The notes under the pieces are model-generated. The model searched no databases, was not told where the DNA came from, and was given only the letters and a program-made list of their open reading frames with translations. DNA of 63,504 nt, counting the filler, from Octopus bimaculoides (lineage: Eukaryota): NCBI RefSeq assembly GCF_001194135.2. It is 4 parts of 4 records of this genome, joined end to end, with 100 filler letters (N's around TTAATTAATTAA, not from the genome) between each part and the next. Parts side by side here need not be neighbours in the genome. Positions count along the whole stretch, not along the records: positions 47,507 to 63,504 come from NC_068984.1; 3 more parts are not named here. One strand, 5' to 3'. Below are positions 48,625-63,044 of the stretch, one piece after another. The translations under genes were made by a program, and so were the position numbers. Position 1 is the first letter of the stretch. Every line of letters starts with the position of its first letter.

Positions 48625-51600
48625 ACACATTTATATATGAATATACAGTGTAACACCAGTTTACACACAGAAAAATCTGGAAACATGGACACGTAATCAC
48701 AAACATATGCAGTGTGCGTGCGCATATGTTGTGTATATGTGTGCAAATTTATGTAGCTATATAATGTATTTAAAACTTCTTCGGACGATGACCTGAAGCT
48801 ATTTCATATGAAATAATTAACGAAATATGTTGAAACTTCTCTTTGATTAATAAACAACTACGATACGGAATATTAAAATGCAATAAGAAGGCGGATAAAT
48901 AAATTGGTTTGTGAGAGCAAGAAAGCCAATAGATTCTGTGATAAAATAGACCGTATGGTAGCCTGAATTATATGCATTTATGTACGTAGCCTTTCATTAT
49001 TAGTATTTTATTTATACTTAAAACATGAGACTGCGCGTATGCAGCTATGTACGCATGTAGTGGGTGAATTCGATTTTTTAACTTGTATATACTGGATAGC
49101 TAGTCTAGTACTTCGACCTTCCAGATTAATTATAGTAGCGCATGCCTATGTTATGAGTTCTTGGAAAGATGGCTCTTGAAAAATATAACCTTCGTTCGTT
49201 ACTGTAAACAAACTGGCAGGAAAATATTGTTTCCATTAGTCTATTGGTATTTTGTTCTTAATAATTTGATTATTAAAAAATAAGTATAGGTTCACTCACA
49301 AGGCATTGATCGGTCCAGGTTTAGAGTAGAAGATACTTGCCCACGCTTCTAGTCAACGGGACTGAACAGGAAACCATGTGGTTTCAGAACAAGTTTCTTG
49401 TATACTCGTCTGTTGGCTCCAATTTACTGGTTTTTGGTTATTCAGGATCACTGAATTCGTTTAGAAGAAATTTATTACTTTGTTTGACAATTCATATGAC
49501 TCTCGTTATTACTAGATAGTGTCGTTGCTGCGGCCGTTAGGAATGATTATGAAACAGGAAATTTGCAAGAACTACGAAAAGATGTATTGAACTCAATAAC
49601 ACCGAGAATAGTTATAAGATAAAAGTTTCAACATTTATAACAAAACAAAAAATAAGGCATATTATAACTTATTGACAGATAAGAAATAAATGTCCATTTT
49701 ATACTCTTTTGAACAGTTAAATATTTATTTCTGAGACGATTTAGAACGTATTACTTAAATGAAAATGGCGCATACTACAATACAATCCGTTCGTATTTTC
49801 CTTCTTCCACTCAAATTATTTACCCTCTTTTCAAAATGATAAACAATTTGATCCGTCTACTTCCCTAACATTCTGTTTATGCTTTACTTTTTACAGATCT
49901 TCTCTTTTCTCGTCTAACTCATTTTAATTGCTATTGAAATTTACGTTACAATATTATTACGCTGCAATGTTATTACGTTGCAATATTATTAACTCACAAA
50001 CCAGTGTATCTAATTGCCTCTGTTTTTGTTCAGTTTGTTACTTGATAAATGTTCTCGTATTTCAAAAGCTACGGAAGCTAAAAAGTCTAAATATTTTATC
50101 AGGGATTTTATGCCTTGCGAAATGTTCTTTTGTTCTGATTTTATTTGGATAAATATATATTGCACAAGTTACGAGTTATACGGAAAAACGGAATCAACAA
50201 CACACAAAAGTTAATACAACGGAAATACTTTTAAGTACACATGTTAATAACACTATTTTCTTTTGAGTTGGTAATGCAAAATGTATTGAAATATTTACAT
50301 CTTCAATCATTTAACTGATTTTAGGTCTTTGAACTGCGGCTATACTGGAGTAACTCTTTTAAGGGTTTTAATAAATTTTATCAACTTTATTGGTCACTTT
50401 TCTCTTCCTATCAAGAGTGAATAACAATGTCTGCTAAGCGTTAAAATGAACGCATCCGAGAGGAAACTAAATACCGTAACTAAATTTTATTCAACGCAAT
50501 GGTTTAGTCATTCTCTGCCGATATGCAACAATTGAGCTTATATCTGACTGTGTCTACTTCTCCGTCTATCGAATTTTACTCACAAGGCTTTGGAATCGGC
50601 GAACTTCTTAAATATATTGTGATGTCTGATTTCAACACATGTAGACAACTTTTATTTTCTTTTGTTAACTTAGGTAAATATCTGATGAAATACTTATAAA
50701 CCTAACCCTATTTGTTTAATATTTAGCTTGTATTTTTACTACTAATTGTACTAAAACAAACCAAGCCTATTGGAAGATAAGGTGGTAATAAAAAAAAATG
50801 TCAATGATCTCCAACACATTTTTTCGAATCAACGAAGAAACCTTTATACGGTAGCTCGACCTGCTGGAGAGCAATCAAACCACCCTCAAATTTCAAACTT
50901 TTCTTTTGTAAAGGAAGGACACATTGCACAGTGTCGCACTGCCAATGGGCACGGTCGGGCTGTTTTTGATTATATATCTGTCTCTATCAGAGCTGACATA
51001 GGGGTAAACAACAAGAACAACAGCTAGACATTCTTTTCGGCTGTTTATGTTTTATATTTACTTTTTTCACCCCAAAACAAAGCAGAATTTATTCTTTGAT
51101 GAGCATCAAAGAATAAATTAATCGAGTCATGATTAGCTGCTTTTTAGCCTTCAGTAAAAGATTAACAAAATTTTCAAAAAAAAATTACCATTTTCGTGCA
51201 AGCTACTAATAATGCTTTTCCAATGAAATTCTGTAATCAATATGATAAGAAAGTAAATTCTGTAATTGACGAATTATTGAAAGTAATTCAATCAAATAAC
51301 TTAATTAAATTGTAAATTGAAAGATAACTTAATTAAATTGTAAATTGTAAATGTAAGTCATTATAAACTGTAATTAAATTATATAAAGTAGATAACGAAC
51401 GATTTCTTATCTCGACTTCAAGTGTGTAGGGGAGTGGCATGGTCAAATAAATACACAGGAAGAAACCTTTTCATGGCATTTAGATCCGCTAGAAATAGCT
51501 ACAAATCTTTTTGAAATACACCCTATTGTAACAAAAATGTGTAATGATATTATAATGTTGTTATAGATATACAAAAATACAGGATAGCCATTGCTGGAAT

Positions 51601-53289
51601 GTCTTTGACCAAAGTAAAACTGGAGCTAAATAAGGATAACAACTGGGGCTTAAATATAAGATTAGGGCAGCGAATTGGCAGAGTCTTGTAGTATTTGTTC
51701 CGGCCTTTTACGTTCTGAGCTAAAATTCACCAAGATCAACTTTGCTTTTCATCGTTTCAGGATTGATAAAATGAAGTATCAGTCAAATACTGTTATAATC
51801 GACTAATTTTTACCTAAAACTTATGGCCTTCTGTTTACGTAAATGATTCGCAAAATCAAGATTGCTTTGATCAATATATTCACACCTTCTTAGGATGTCG
51901 TATTAAACAAGCTAATGAGAGAGAGCATCGACATGATCGCTCGAACTGGTATAAAAGCAGTGAAATCACCATTAAATCAAATCCTGCCTTCTTTTAAAAT
52001 CTGAGACGCCTGTTAATGTAGTCCTCAGTTTCCAGCGTATTGAGAAAAGACTTCTTAAAATATTAGATTAACCAAATAAACGAGAGAGCCCGTACGTAGT
52101 CGCTCGATTGGTGAAAAAAAGAATCCCTCTCAATTCGAATCCTACCATACTAAAAAAAAAAAAAAAAAACGCTAGTGAATGTGGCTTTATCATATGTTCC
52201 CAGTATGTAGTGACAAGACTAGATTGTCACGTCTGTGACGCCTTTGGTCCTTTGTCTGTTCGATCAGATTCAACAACAGCACTGCTGCTGCCGCATGAAA
52301 TGCACACACACGCATCAAAAATTGATACGTTTTGTTAAACGACATAGTACTTTTGCTAAATGGTATCAACCACCATATTTTTGCTAAACAGCGGTACTAA
52401 TCAATAAAAATAAAGGGTTAAACGATAACGGCCATGATCAAATTCTGCAAATTTTGACATTTTTATTCGTTTTATTTTATTATTAGTTTCTGTCTCGTTT
52501 ATTCCAAATTATATTTTCCATTAAGTTATCCTACACCGAATTCAACCATAAGAAAATTATCTTCATTATCTTAATCGTTACTTTGACCTGGTCAAACTGA
52601 CGCTCTATTAACAGGTTCTGAAGACTATCATATGAAACAAAATATATCTAATATCTTCTAGTCTCCATATTATGTTTAGCTAGATATGTTAACATGTAAT
52701 TGAACAGAAAATGCCATCATTTTGGGAAATATTTCAAATTAACTGCCTGCTGCTAAATAAACCTAATATTTACATTCTTGAAGAGACATGGAAGAAAATA
52801 TTAGTATTAATTGAGTTTGGGTGTATTTGCTGTAAAACCAGTTTGTGTTTACTCTAATGTGTGTGTTCTATGCAAATATTTGTGTATAACTGTTGTCAGA
52901 CCAGTAAAGGTTCGCTATAAGGCCGATGCGTATTTGTTGTGGTTTATCACCAGATCAAGGTTGATCCATAAGACTAATGATGAAAGACATTCCAGTCGTG
53001 ATTTTCTGACTATTTAGGCGTCTCTATGACTAGTTATTAAATATGTCCTTTTTAAGATGGTCGGTTGTGATTTGAGAGGGAGAACTTTTCTGCCGTTTCT
53101 AACACATAGAGATGTACTTTCTCTCTCTTTTTTAGGAGAGAATGACAGTAATTATGGTTCTTTGTAGGGCATTTGAGATTGGTAGGAGAGAGGAAAGTAT
53201 TTGCAACCCGGAAACCTGGCCCAAATGTTTACAATAGAGGGACACAGCCAATATGCTAGGGGGTGATATTAAACTAGGCGATTCACTCA

Positions 53290-54620
53290 GTTTATAACAC
53301 GGATTTCTTTCCTTCTGTATCAAAATCCTTCCTATTGAAAACTTCAGGTGACTAAGAAAGCGACTAACTAGGGTTAGCAGCCATGATATTAGATTAATCA
53401 TGAATTTCAGGTCGGCACTCTCATATCATGGTGACTTCTACTAGGTAAATGAAAGAAAGTGGACTATTAGTTTGACGTCTCTGTGTGGAGCTACCATGGA
53501 GTTGCAAGTGCGGATTTAGTTGGATTAATCCTTGTCGACACCCTCAAGAAGCGCATTTCACCCCACATTTCGGCTGTGTACAGAAACGATAGCTTGGCAT
53601 TTATAATATATATGTTGTACTAGGGATAGATTAACTTTTTAAAAGATATTCTCGAAGATATTGGCTTAGACATTATTACATTATTATAAGCCAAAATCCT
53701 TTAAGCATTCTATTAAAACTAACTCTACTCATTTCTTGGACATTATTTTAGACCTGAAGTCAGGCAGGTATTTATCTTATGAAACTTGAGAAGCCATAAT
53801 TAGAGACTTCAAGCCATAATCAGAAACTCAGCAGCCGAAGCTAGTAGAAGTAGCTTTTTTCTTATCTAACCTTAGATAGAAATATCTTCGACAGGACAGT
53901 ACCCACAAGAACGAAGTGTTAGTAAGAAATAGCTTTCGTGGGAAATAAGTGTAAATGGAAGATCGTTATTCCTACTCAGAATAAAGGAAGAGAAAATATA
54001 GTTCTTCCTAGATATTTCTACAAACATAGCCAAGAACTTTTTATGCCTTATTAGTCAACCCTTTCTAAGCACGCAAATGCCACTAGCCTTTTAATATTCG
54101 TAACGTGGAGATTAGTTACTTTTGTCTCTGCCATATCACTTCCAGCATCACACGCTACAACAGAAACAAAGTACGCACAGGTTGTATCTTAAGGATTTGT
54201 CTGCAACTGTTAAAATCAAAGTACACGTCCACTAAAAGAGATTCTACTTTTCTGAGGTAGTATTCTATAGGACGACCCTTACCCATCTGGTAGTACTCCG
54301 AGGAGGAATTACACGAAACTTACAGCCAATGACTTTAAGGTATAGCTAAGTCAGCGTACACACATCTTTAGGTTCAGGGACAAACAAAAATCCACCGTTC
54401 TATATAGCCTTCGTGCCAAATGACCTGTCCAATAGAACTCGCAACATCTTCGACAATGCTCTATGTTACTATCCCTGAGCGCACAAATGCTTTCTTTGTC
54501 CTTGTGAGAAACTGTGCTTTTTATAACAGCCTGATATATTTCTTAACAAGGCTACTTAAATTTTGTATTGTTACTATCAACAGAATACTGATATTCAAGC
54601 CGGAACCAGTGAATATTACC
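53290..54620 (+). pseudogene. Penelope-like element, RT through GIY-YIG, heavily decayed
   Basis: DFFPSVS, DIRLIMNFRSAL, LYRNDSLAF (cf. GLYRDDGL), FLDIILDL, NIAKNFL, CNC, LCEKL. Confidence 0.8.
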
Positions 54621-55514
54621 TTATCCATAAAGATTTTATATCTTATAGAAACATTAACTAATTTTCTGAAATTTATCTGGCTGGAATAAACAACAGCACA
54701 TCGTGACATATTACAAAAATATGGATCGATCAAAATATAAATAAACTTTTCAGAGCGGTAAGTTGATTTAATATCAACTGTAGTGTGGGAAATATGTTAG
54801 CTATAAAATAGGATTCATATAGTTAACGATTTTTTTCAGTTATCTAGGATGGATTTTCTGTGAATTCAAAACAAAGCTTCTTGTTTACATTTTCACAGCA
54901 AAGTGGTGGTGGTGGTGGTAGTGGTGGGTGTTTTTACTGTTGTTGTCGATTAGCCTCACATTAGCCAAGGGCAAACAAACTTCAAGTCAAAGACATTGCA
55001 GCTATAGAAAGCGCATATCTTTTTGTACATGCAGTACCACATTTTTCAATGCGTCCTTCCAGATTTTTAAGACGTTTGGGTGTAATTTGCGAGAGTGATT
55101 AATCTTCTATCTCTAGTGGATTGAGCAGTCATGTAGAGGTTTCTCTTGCTAGTTCGCAACAAAGAACTTAAATAGTTCGATGATACATGTATACGCAGGT
55201 ATCCTTAAAGTGAACTAGATTTAGTTTGTGCAATGGCCAGCATAGACTAGGTGTCGACTTATAAGTAACGATAAATGAGTTAAGGATAATGTGTTGAATA
55301 TCATACGGAAAGTTTCTGAATTAATTAAAATACCTTCTTCATTGGAGAAGGAAAACAAAAACTTAGCAGAAATTGTTATTGGTACTACCTCCATCCTTCT
55401 CAAAAGGAAAGATAATTTTCAGAAATCAATTAGTATCTCAGAATTAATTTACATGCACTTTTGTTAGATCTCATCTACATAGTGTAGTCTACGCAGGATG
55501 GTTTGATCCGTTGA

Positions 55515-56085
55515 CATTTACTGATTTGTGCGAAAGTTAGCCAAGCTAGAAATATAAAGTAATATAGGCTCTTGAAACGGTCTGAAATATAAATATTGGT
55601 GTGTATACACATAAATGTGTATACAAAAGTGGAGCGGTGCAAGCTTTAATCGTTTGTCTCGGAGAAACTTCTCAAACTTTCGTCTTAATATCACAGGTCT
55701 TCGCTCAGAACGCCAGTGGATCGCCAGACAGTGTTTCAACTGGGTTTGATGTTTTCAGAGACAAATGCCTCCGACTAATGCATATTATAAATGTGTATAC
55801 AAGGTATTTTAGCATAATGCAGTTTCGTGCGTGGTTATTAATTCAGTTCTAGCCCGGCAAGTTTTCACATAAATCAGTAAATGTTTTATCGGAACAAACA
55901 TTTTTCGACTCAACTCAACACCTCTGGGGGTATTCGTCACTGAGAAGACCAAACCAGGTTGAAACACTGTCTGATGATTTACTGACATTTTGAGTGAAGC
56001 CTTGTTTTAACACAAAAGTCTCTTTGAGAGGTTTCTCGAAGACAAAGTATTATAATTAGTGTCGTTCTACATTTGTATACACATT
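55515..56085. repeat. Two interleaved inverted-repeat pairs
   Basis: 55515-55550 pairs with 55847-55885; 55613-55770 pairs with 55925-56082. Confidence 0.75.
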
Positions 56086-56189
56086 AGAAATATGTACGCA
56101 CTCCTGTATATGTTCCCGAAGTATATATAAGGAAATGAAGTCAGTCTGAGCGAGTTCATCATTGTCAGAGTTACACTCATGGAAAGAGC

Positions 56190-56760
56190 TGTCTTCAGTA
56201 TGTCAGGAAAAGGCTTCAATATACTATGGAAGACTTCACATATTTAGAAAGCTTTATCATCAAATTCAATAGGGCAAAAAGAGATACTCAGTCAAAGCAT
56301 GCCGAAGCCGATGTGGCGTTCGCAAAACTTCAGTCGATCTGGAAGTTAAGACATTATAGTCTTAAGACTAATATCAGACTTTATGACAGCAATGTTAAAT
56401 CTGCCTGAATACGTATGACTCATATAAATGTTGGTGGGCAGCAAAAGGAGACATGAATAAGAGCGATGCTTTTCAGTAATGGTACTTGAAGAAAATTTTC
56501 GACTTCTGGTATAACAAAGTGTTAAAGTAGGAGCTGCATCGCGAAAAGGTTTGTGATAATGCTGTCAGCTGGCCGGACCACGCATTCAGAATGGACCCAT
56601 ACAAGATACCAAAGGTAGATTTTAAATGGACATCACCTGCATAACATAAATCTGGATAGCCAAGGAACTTTTGAATAGTTGAAGGTGAATTGAGCGAAAT
56701 AGATCTTACATAGAGCAAGGCAGAGAGGATACTAAGAAAAATTATGTCGAATCGCCGAAA
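56190..56760 (+). pseudogene. RTE-type LINE RT C-terminal fragment (distinct from 29375)
   Basis: MEDFTYLES...AFAKLQSIWK...SLKTNIRLYDSNVKS. Confidence 0.8.
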
Positions 56761-58346
56761 CTCTATATCGCAAAAGGAAAGAAAATGATTTTTTAAAAAA
56801 ACGTATGCTAAAGAAATATCCGTCAGTTATTAGGTATATCCTGCTGACTATGTTGCTTAACTTTATTTCCCCATCTACAGACTAAATGAACTGGGTTTGC
56901 GGTAAGATAGAAGAATGTCTTACCATTTAGCTTGCAACCTAACCACCGGTCACGAACTGACATTCTGAAACAATATACTTAGTTTTAAATTTTGGATTAA
57001 AAAAGAAAAGATGATTCTTCATCATAGATCTCATGCTGTCATCTACCCCAACTCCTCATCCTCCTCCTCATCATTATCATCAACATCATCGCCAGTATCG
57101 TTGTCGTCATTACTGTTCGCAAATATGAAGAGACAGGACCGGTGCCTTGGTAACCAGCGTGATAAATCAGAACAATAGAAAGTAATCGATGGCATAATTA
57201 AATCAAACCCTAACCACTTTGTCTTGTGAAGGAATATACAAGAAATGTGAACGATAGACATTGACATACAACACTAACATTGAGGTCTTAAACTAAATAA
57301 ATAAGATATTTCATTAGAATTATTTAGTTTGTTATAAAGTATAAATTAGTGAAACAGCAGTTATCCACACGAGTCAATGAAGATAATTTCACATTGTTAC
57401 TCGACCAACTCGAAAAATAGCAACCAAATGTCTATCAAATCAGACTTTACTGGCTTAAAGGAAGAGGAATTATATATTAGACTATGCACTAATAGATACA
57501 CACGAAGACATGGTGGTGATGATGAAATGCATTTGATTTTAGATGTGCTTGATCATGGCTGACTTGGGGCTGTTATTTACAACCTCTTCACCTTGATGCT
57601 TGTACACCACCACCACTACAACTACTACATCATTGCAAAACTTGTTTTACTATAAGATGAAGGCCAGCTGCAATTATTCACGTCTTTTTATATTTTTTAC
57701 GGTCAATATTTAAACATTGACAATTTTTGTGTATGAATACAATCAATATCTTCAGTATCTTTATGGTTGTGTTGAGTTCATTTGGATTGTCTGAGGACTT
57801 GGCTTGTCATGTTCTTGAAACTGAAGCTTTCGGAAAGGAGCGATGTTTTGTAAAATATGATAAACAAAATATTCCTAAATGTACATATTATTCAGCTGAG
57901 CAAATGCTATTTCAATAATAAACAAGCAATAATAATAAAAAAAAACTCATGTCTGTTCTTAATCTCAAACCATCAGTTATGAATAGGTTGTTTTGTTGAC
58001 AGTATCAGTTACGAAACAACGTAAAGATAGATGAACAGGCGATAAGTAAATAGACACAGATCGATACATAAAGTGATAGATAAAGAGATTAAAACAGAGA
58101 AAGAAAAACAGAAATGCGTGGAGATGAATAAGAAACACTAGAACCATATATTTACACAGAATATTTTGAAAAGTAAATAAGCTGTAGTAATCGGATGGTG
58201 TTTGTAACCAGTTTGTTGGTACGTGCGCACGCAACTTATGTACGTATTACTCAGTTTCCTAAGCAAATTTATCTACTATATTTGTGTTCTATTCCAGTTT
58301 GCGTTCTCTGCCTACTTTTCCTTACATATCGCCTACATTGTCTTAA

Positions 58347-58385
<39 letters not shown>

Positions 58386-59769
58386 CACACGTATGTATGT
58401 ATGTATGTATGTATACAGTCACACACACGTATATGTATATATGTATTAGTTTCAGTCAGAATCGCATTACTTAAAATTTGACAGAAATGGAAAACTCTTG
58501 ATTGCTTGTATTCTTGGTTCCGAATTTTAGATTTTCATGGAAACAAATAAAAATTAAAATTCATTGCTGTTTTCAAAAATTAGAAACACTTGACCAAATA
58601 CCTAATGTATTTGAGAATCAGTTCATAGTTCTGGAATTCAAACACACTGTGTGTGTTTATATTTATTTCTTTTTAGCTCCCTTAATCCTTTTCTCTTGCC
58701 AGCCATCTTGCTGTCGTATACAAAGGCATAAATAGCGTCCTTTCAACCACAAATATCTTTCTATCAGTGAGTGAGCACTAGCATTAAATCTTATAACATC
58801 AACAGAGTCTTTGCAGATGTATTTATATGTTGTGCATTTTGCATGCTTTTAAATTAAGCAAAGGTAAATTATTACTAGCGGGTATTTATTTTCTAGTCAT
58901 CAGTAATTTCATTGTATTGACTCCTGATTGTAAATCCCTTCCATTTACGTTGTATTATTTCTTTATTTTCTCAAAATCTTTCCTCGCAATAATTTCACAA
59001 GTTCTATTTTCCAAATTATTATATTTTTCCCTACTGTTTTGCATTTATCATTTGCATTTATCATATATACGCTTCCTCTTATTAAATTCTTTTAAAATAG
59101 TATATCCATTCTAATTTTATCTCATTATATTTTCTCATTTTTTGTTTTAAAAAAACTGTTACTCTAGAGACTGTCTCGTCTGCCCATCGTCGTCTTCTAT
59201 TTTGTTTTTAAAATATGCTTGGCGTATTTTGTGATTTAGTGCTTTGAACCTAATGAACACTGACAACTGGGAATGCTTGTCTCATGAATTAATGAACCTG
59301 ATATGAAGAAATATTAGAAAGACAAAAGAAACGCAAAGGGCAAAAACAAAACGAAAAACTTACAGTGAATATTAATTTGAGAGGTTGCAAGGTTAAAACG
59401 TCTTCAATCATTCATGTAAAATGCATTACTGAACTGAAAGTCAACTCCTGGAATATTAAATAAATTAGTTAATTAATGCGAATTTTGATTTGAAGCGATA
59501 CAAAATACTAGAGTACTATAATATTTCGGGGAAACAAAACTGATTATATAAAAAAATAATAAATGGCTAACAACTACCTTCTATAATTTGTTTCTAAAAC
59601 ATTTTATGAAATGTCCTCTCTACAAGCCATAAGCCAAACGGCTATTCACATATTTATCAATCAAATTGAATACAACAATTAAAAAAATACCCTCACCTTC
59701 TCTCTTCCCCACGGAATGTTCATAACACGCACTAAAACTTTACAAATTCAAATATTAAAATGTCTCAAT

Positions 59770-59930
59770 ATTGGCTTTTACGCAGTATTTAGTTGCCGCT
59801 CTTTACGTTTTGAGTTCAAAATCCTGCTGAAGTCGACTTTCCTTTATCGCCCTTCCGAGGACGACAAAATACTGAAGGTCGATTTAATCGACCTTCCATT
59901 TAGTCTGTGGCCTTGTGGCAATGCTAGAAA
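59770..59930 (+). mobile_element. SINE family C, degraded
   Basis: tacgttttgagttcaaaatcctgctgaagtcgactttcc. Confidence 0.7.
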
Positions 59931-60449
59931 TCAAATCTGACTTTCACAAAGTGGAATGCAACAAATTAATATTAGCTTTCTAACTACTTTTATAATGTTC
60001 TATTAAATCTTCAGAGACTGGACAAATTTGATGCATTTTAAATAAATGCAAAAACTATTTTAAAAATATGTTATGGTCATTTCTGAAATATGACGCGCGC
60101 GCACACACGCACACACACACACGTGTCTGTGAGTGTTTCCGCTGCCTGTACGTAACCTAACATTCGGCTCAATTGATAGTATTTTAGATGAGATACAGGC
60201 CATTGATGTTAAAACACAAAAACTACTAACTACCGTTAGAAATATCATCTATTGCCTCATTGACTGATTCAACCAATTGAAACAGTCCTGAAATTTTGCG
60301 TCATATATTTCCTCGACAGAATTTATTAACCGTCAAGCGCCTGACTGAATCCATGAGAGCAAGTCTATGGACATGGAACAAATAGCAATACAAAGGTTGA
60401 AAAAGAGCTCTTCAGAAAGTATTCTTTGAGTGATGATCAGGTATACGCA

Positions 60450-61010
60450 CCCAGACAAGTTTCACACCTTTACCGCGATAGAACTTCTGAGGAAAGATTT
60501 TCAGTTTATTAAATCTAGATGTAACAACTGATCTAGAGGCCAAAATATTATACATTGCAATCCGCACAAAGGACAGTTCTGAATGTCAAAACAAGACTGA
60601 TTTAGAAGGCATGCTTACTATACCTATAATGGTGCAATATTCCTGTCGAAATCTCTGTAAAATGTAGGCACCACAGAGCAAACAATGATCTGACTCAGAG
60701 AAAAGAAATTGTGCACAGTAATAGAAATTTATTGTCTGCCAAGTGTTAACACAATGTTAAAGATTAAAGGAAAAAAGCATTCATGCTGAATTAATGGAAA
60801 ATATGAAGACACAACAAACGGAATATAACCTAAGATTAATACCATTGGTTATTAAGGTATTTGGTTACGTAGCTAACTGCCTCACTGCCTCTCTTGAGAG
60901 GCTGGGCTTCACAAAATCAGAAAGGACTCAGCTAATAAAAGAGTATAATTAGAAGCCAAGCCGTTAATGGAACAATGAAAATGTTAAATAAAATTCCAGA
61001 AGATTAACCT
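60450..61010 (+). pseudogene. Decayed RLE-type LINE C-terminus
   Basis: LIPLVIKVFGYVANCLTASLERLGF...QAVNGTMKM resembles the ends of R4/NeSL-type ORFs. Confidence 0.5.
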
Positions 61011-61548
61011 TTAATCAGTACGTAGACAAACATATAAACGTAAAAATGTATGGAGATGCACACATATATAAGTTAAAGTGTACGGATCGCACGGGCATAC
61101 ATTCATATGTACATATACCCACTTGCATGTATATATATATACGATACATACAGCAGTGTTTAGTTGTCTAAACCTCAATAAAACCGCCTTGTTTCTAGCT
61201 TGGAAATTGGTTCATTCTTTATTGGGGAGAAAATTTTCAAATTAAACTAGCACATACATAAAACTTTAATATTTTATCTTCAAACATTAAAGATATTTTT
61301 GACATCTCACGAAAATATTTGGCTATATATCATGATAACTACAATAATATCTATTAAAAACATAACAGCATTAACTTGGAAGACAAGAATAATATAGATA
61401 TTCTAAACTGATATTTTACAGCATGTGTTTTTTTTTTCTAAATGGTAAAGCGATAGTCGCATCAGGAATACTGATTGATATATATATATGAATCAGTCTG
61501 CCTGATAGGACTATCGCTTTACTAAATGTATGTATGTATGTGCATGTA

Positions 61549-61587
<39 letters not shown>

Positions 61588-61597
61588 NNNNNNNNNN

Positions 61598-61636
<39 letters not shown>

Positions 61637-62379
61637 GAGAGAGAGAAAGGTAGAGACTGTTTAACCTAGTACTGAACGGCGAATACATATTTACATTTAA
61701 ACAAAGTACCTGGGTTATCACGTTCTTGTATTCTTTCAGATTTATGTGCAATCTTTATATCTACACGCTTAGCCTGTCTACATGTAAACATTTATATCGT
61801 TCAATCTTGCACGATGTTTGATTAGAATCACGAGTTTAAAACCGATAGTTTCGTTGTAACGTGTAATTTTGGTTTATAACGCATTTTACCATCTATAAAT
61901 GACTCAATCGATAGATGCAACGAGATAACCAACCGAAAGATCGTTAGTTCGTATTGTATCAGTAGCGCTATTCTGAGTCGACGGTAAAGTAAGTTAACTT
62001 TCAATAGTCCTTTAGACATAACAATGTATAACAATTAGCAGCAATAAGTAGGTAAAACTGGTTATTTTCATTTGTAACACAGTAAAGTTACTATGTTTCT
62101 TGATGGGCTCAGAAAATAAGTCCCACTTTTGTCATGTCATTCATTTACATCTCACAACTCAATCTAAAATTCGCGATGCCACATCATTATATTATTAAGC
62201 ATAGTTCTGACAATTTGAATCCAAATGCAATTAATTTCGAAGTATACTTTTGCAAAAGTAACTTACCGTGTTTGCTGGCATATAAGACCCAATTTTCTAA
62301 TTTTCAAATGTATCAAAAAATTGCCCTGCGTCTAATGCGGTCGTACTGCGGATGGGAGACCAAGCGCCATAAACTAAGG

Positions 62380-63043
62380 AGCCGGGTAAGCATACATCTG
62401 GGACAAGCTCTGAGTGCAACACACCCTCAAGATTCCACCAAACACATAACGTAACCTATTGAAATTGCCCTTGACAACAGGTTCTGAAGCCTGACAGGAA
62501 CGAAGCACTTGATTTCTTATTGGGATTAGGGAAATAGATCCAATTTTCATCTCCAGTTACAATTCGACACCAAAAATGGGCATTCCGAAGATTTGCCACC
62601 AGTTGTTTGCAAATGTTCACACGTTTATGAAGAGCTTCTCGACAACGTCTGTTCACAAGGCTGAGATGTTGATTGACGGTACTTTGTGAAGGACCAAGTT
62701 CTGCCGACAGTGTAAGAGTGCTTGTGCTAACTTTGTTTTGTCTTCGAGGCTGGTGTCACCTTCGATGAAACGTTTGAAGCATTTTTGTGCCGCACGTTCG
62801 GTGACAGCTCCTGAGCCTTCCAAATCATTAATTTCTTTTGCTGCAACCCTTTCACCCAGTCCTTTTTTCTACAGGTAGCGTAAAATGACTCTAATTGCAA
62901 TCTTTTCACCACCCAAAATTGTAAAATAAAGAATGAACATTTCAATAACAGTTGGACTAGCTGCATCAAATTAAGGATATAATATGGAGATACAAATTGC
63001 CAAAAATCATCTGTTAAAATTCGAAAAAACTTTCGACCCAACC
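62380..63043 (-). pseudogene. Mariner (Mos1-like) transposase 5' half with a TIR-like end
   Basis: RVNICKQL...RIVTGDENWIYFPNP; end AGGTTGGGTCGAAAGTTTTTTCG at 63043-63021 resembles mariner TIRs. Confidence 0.82.
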
Positions 63044-63044
63044 T

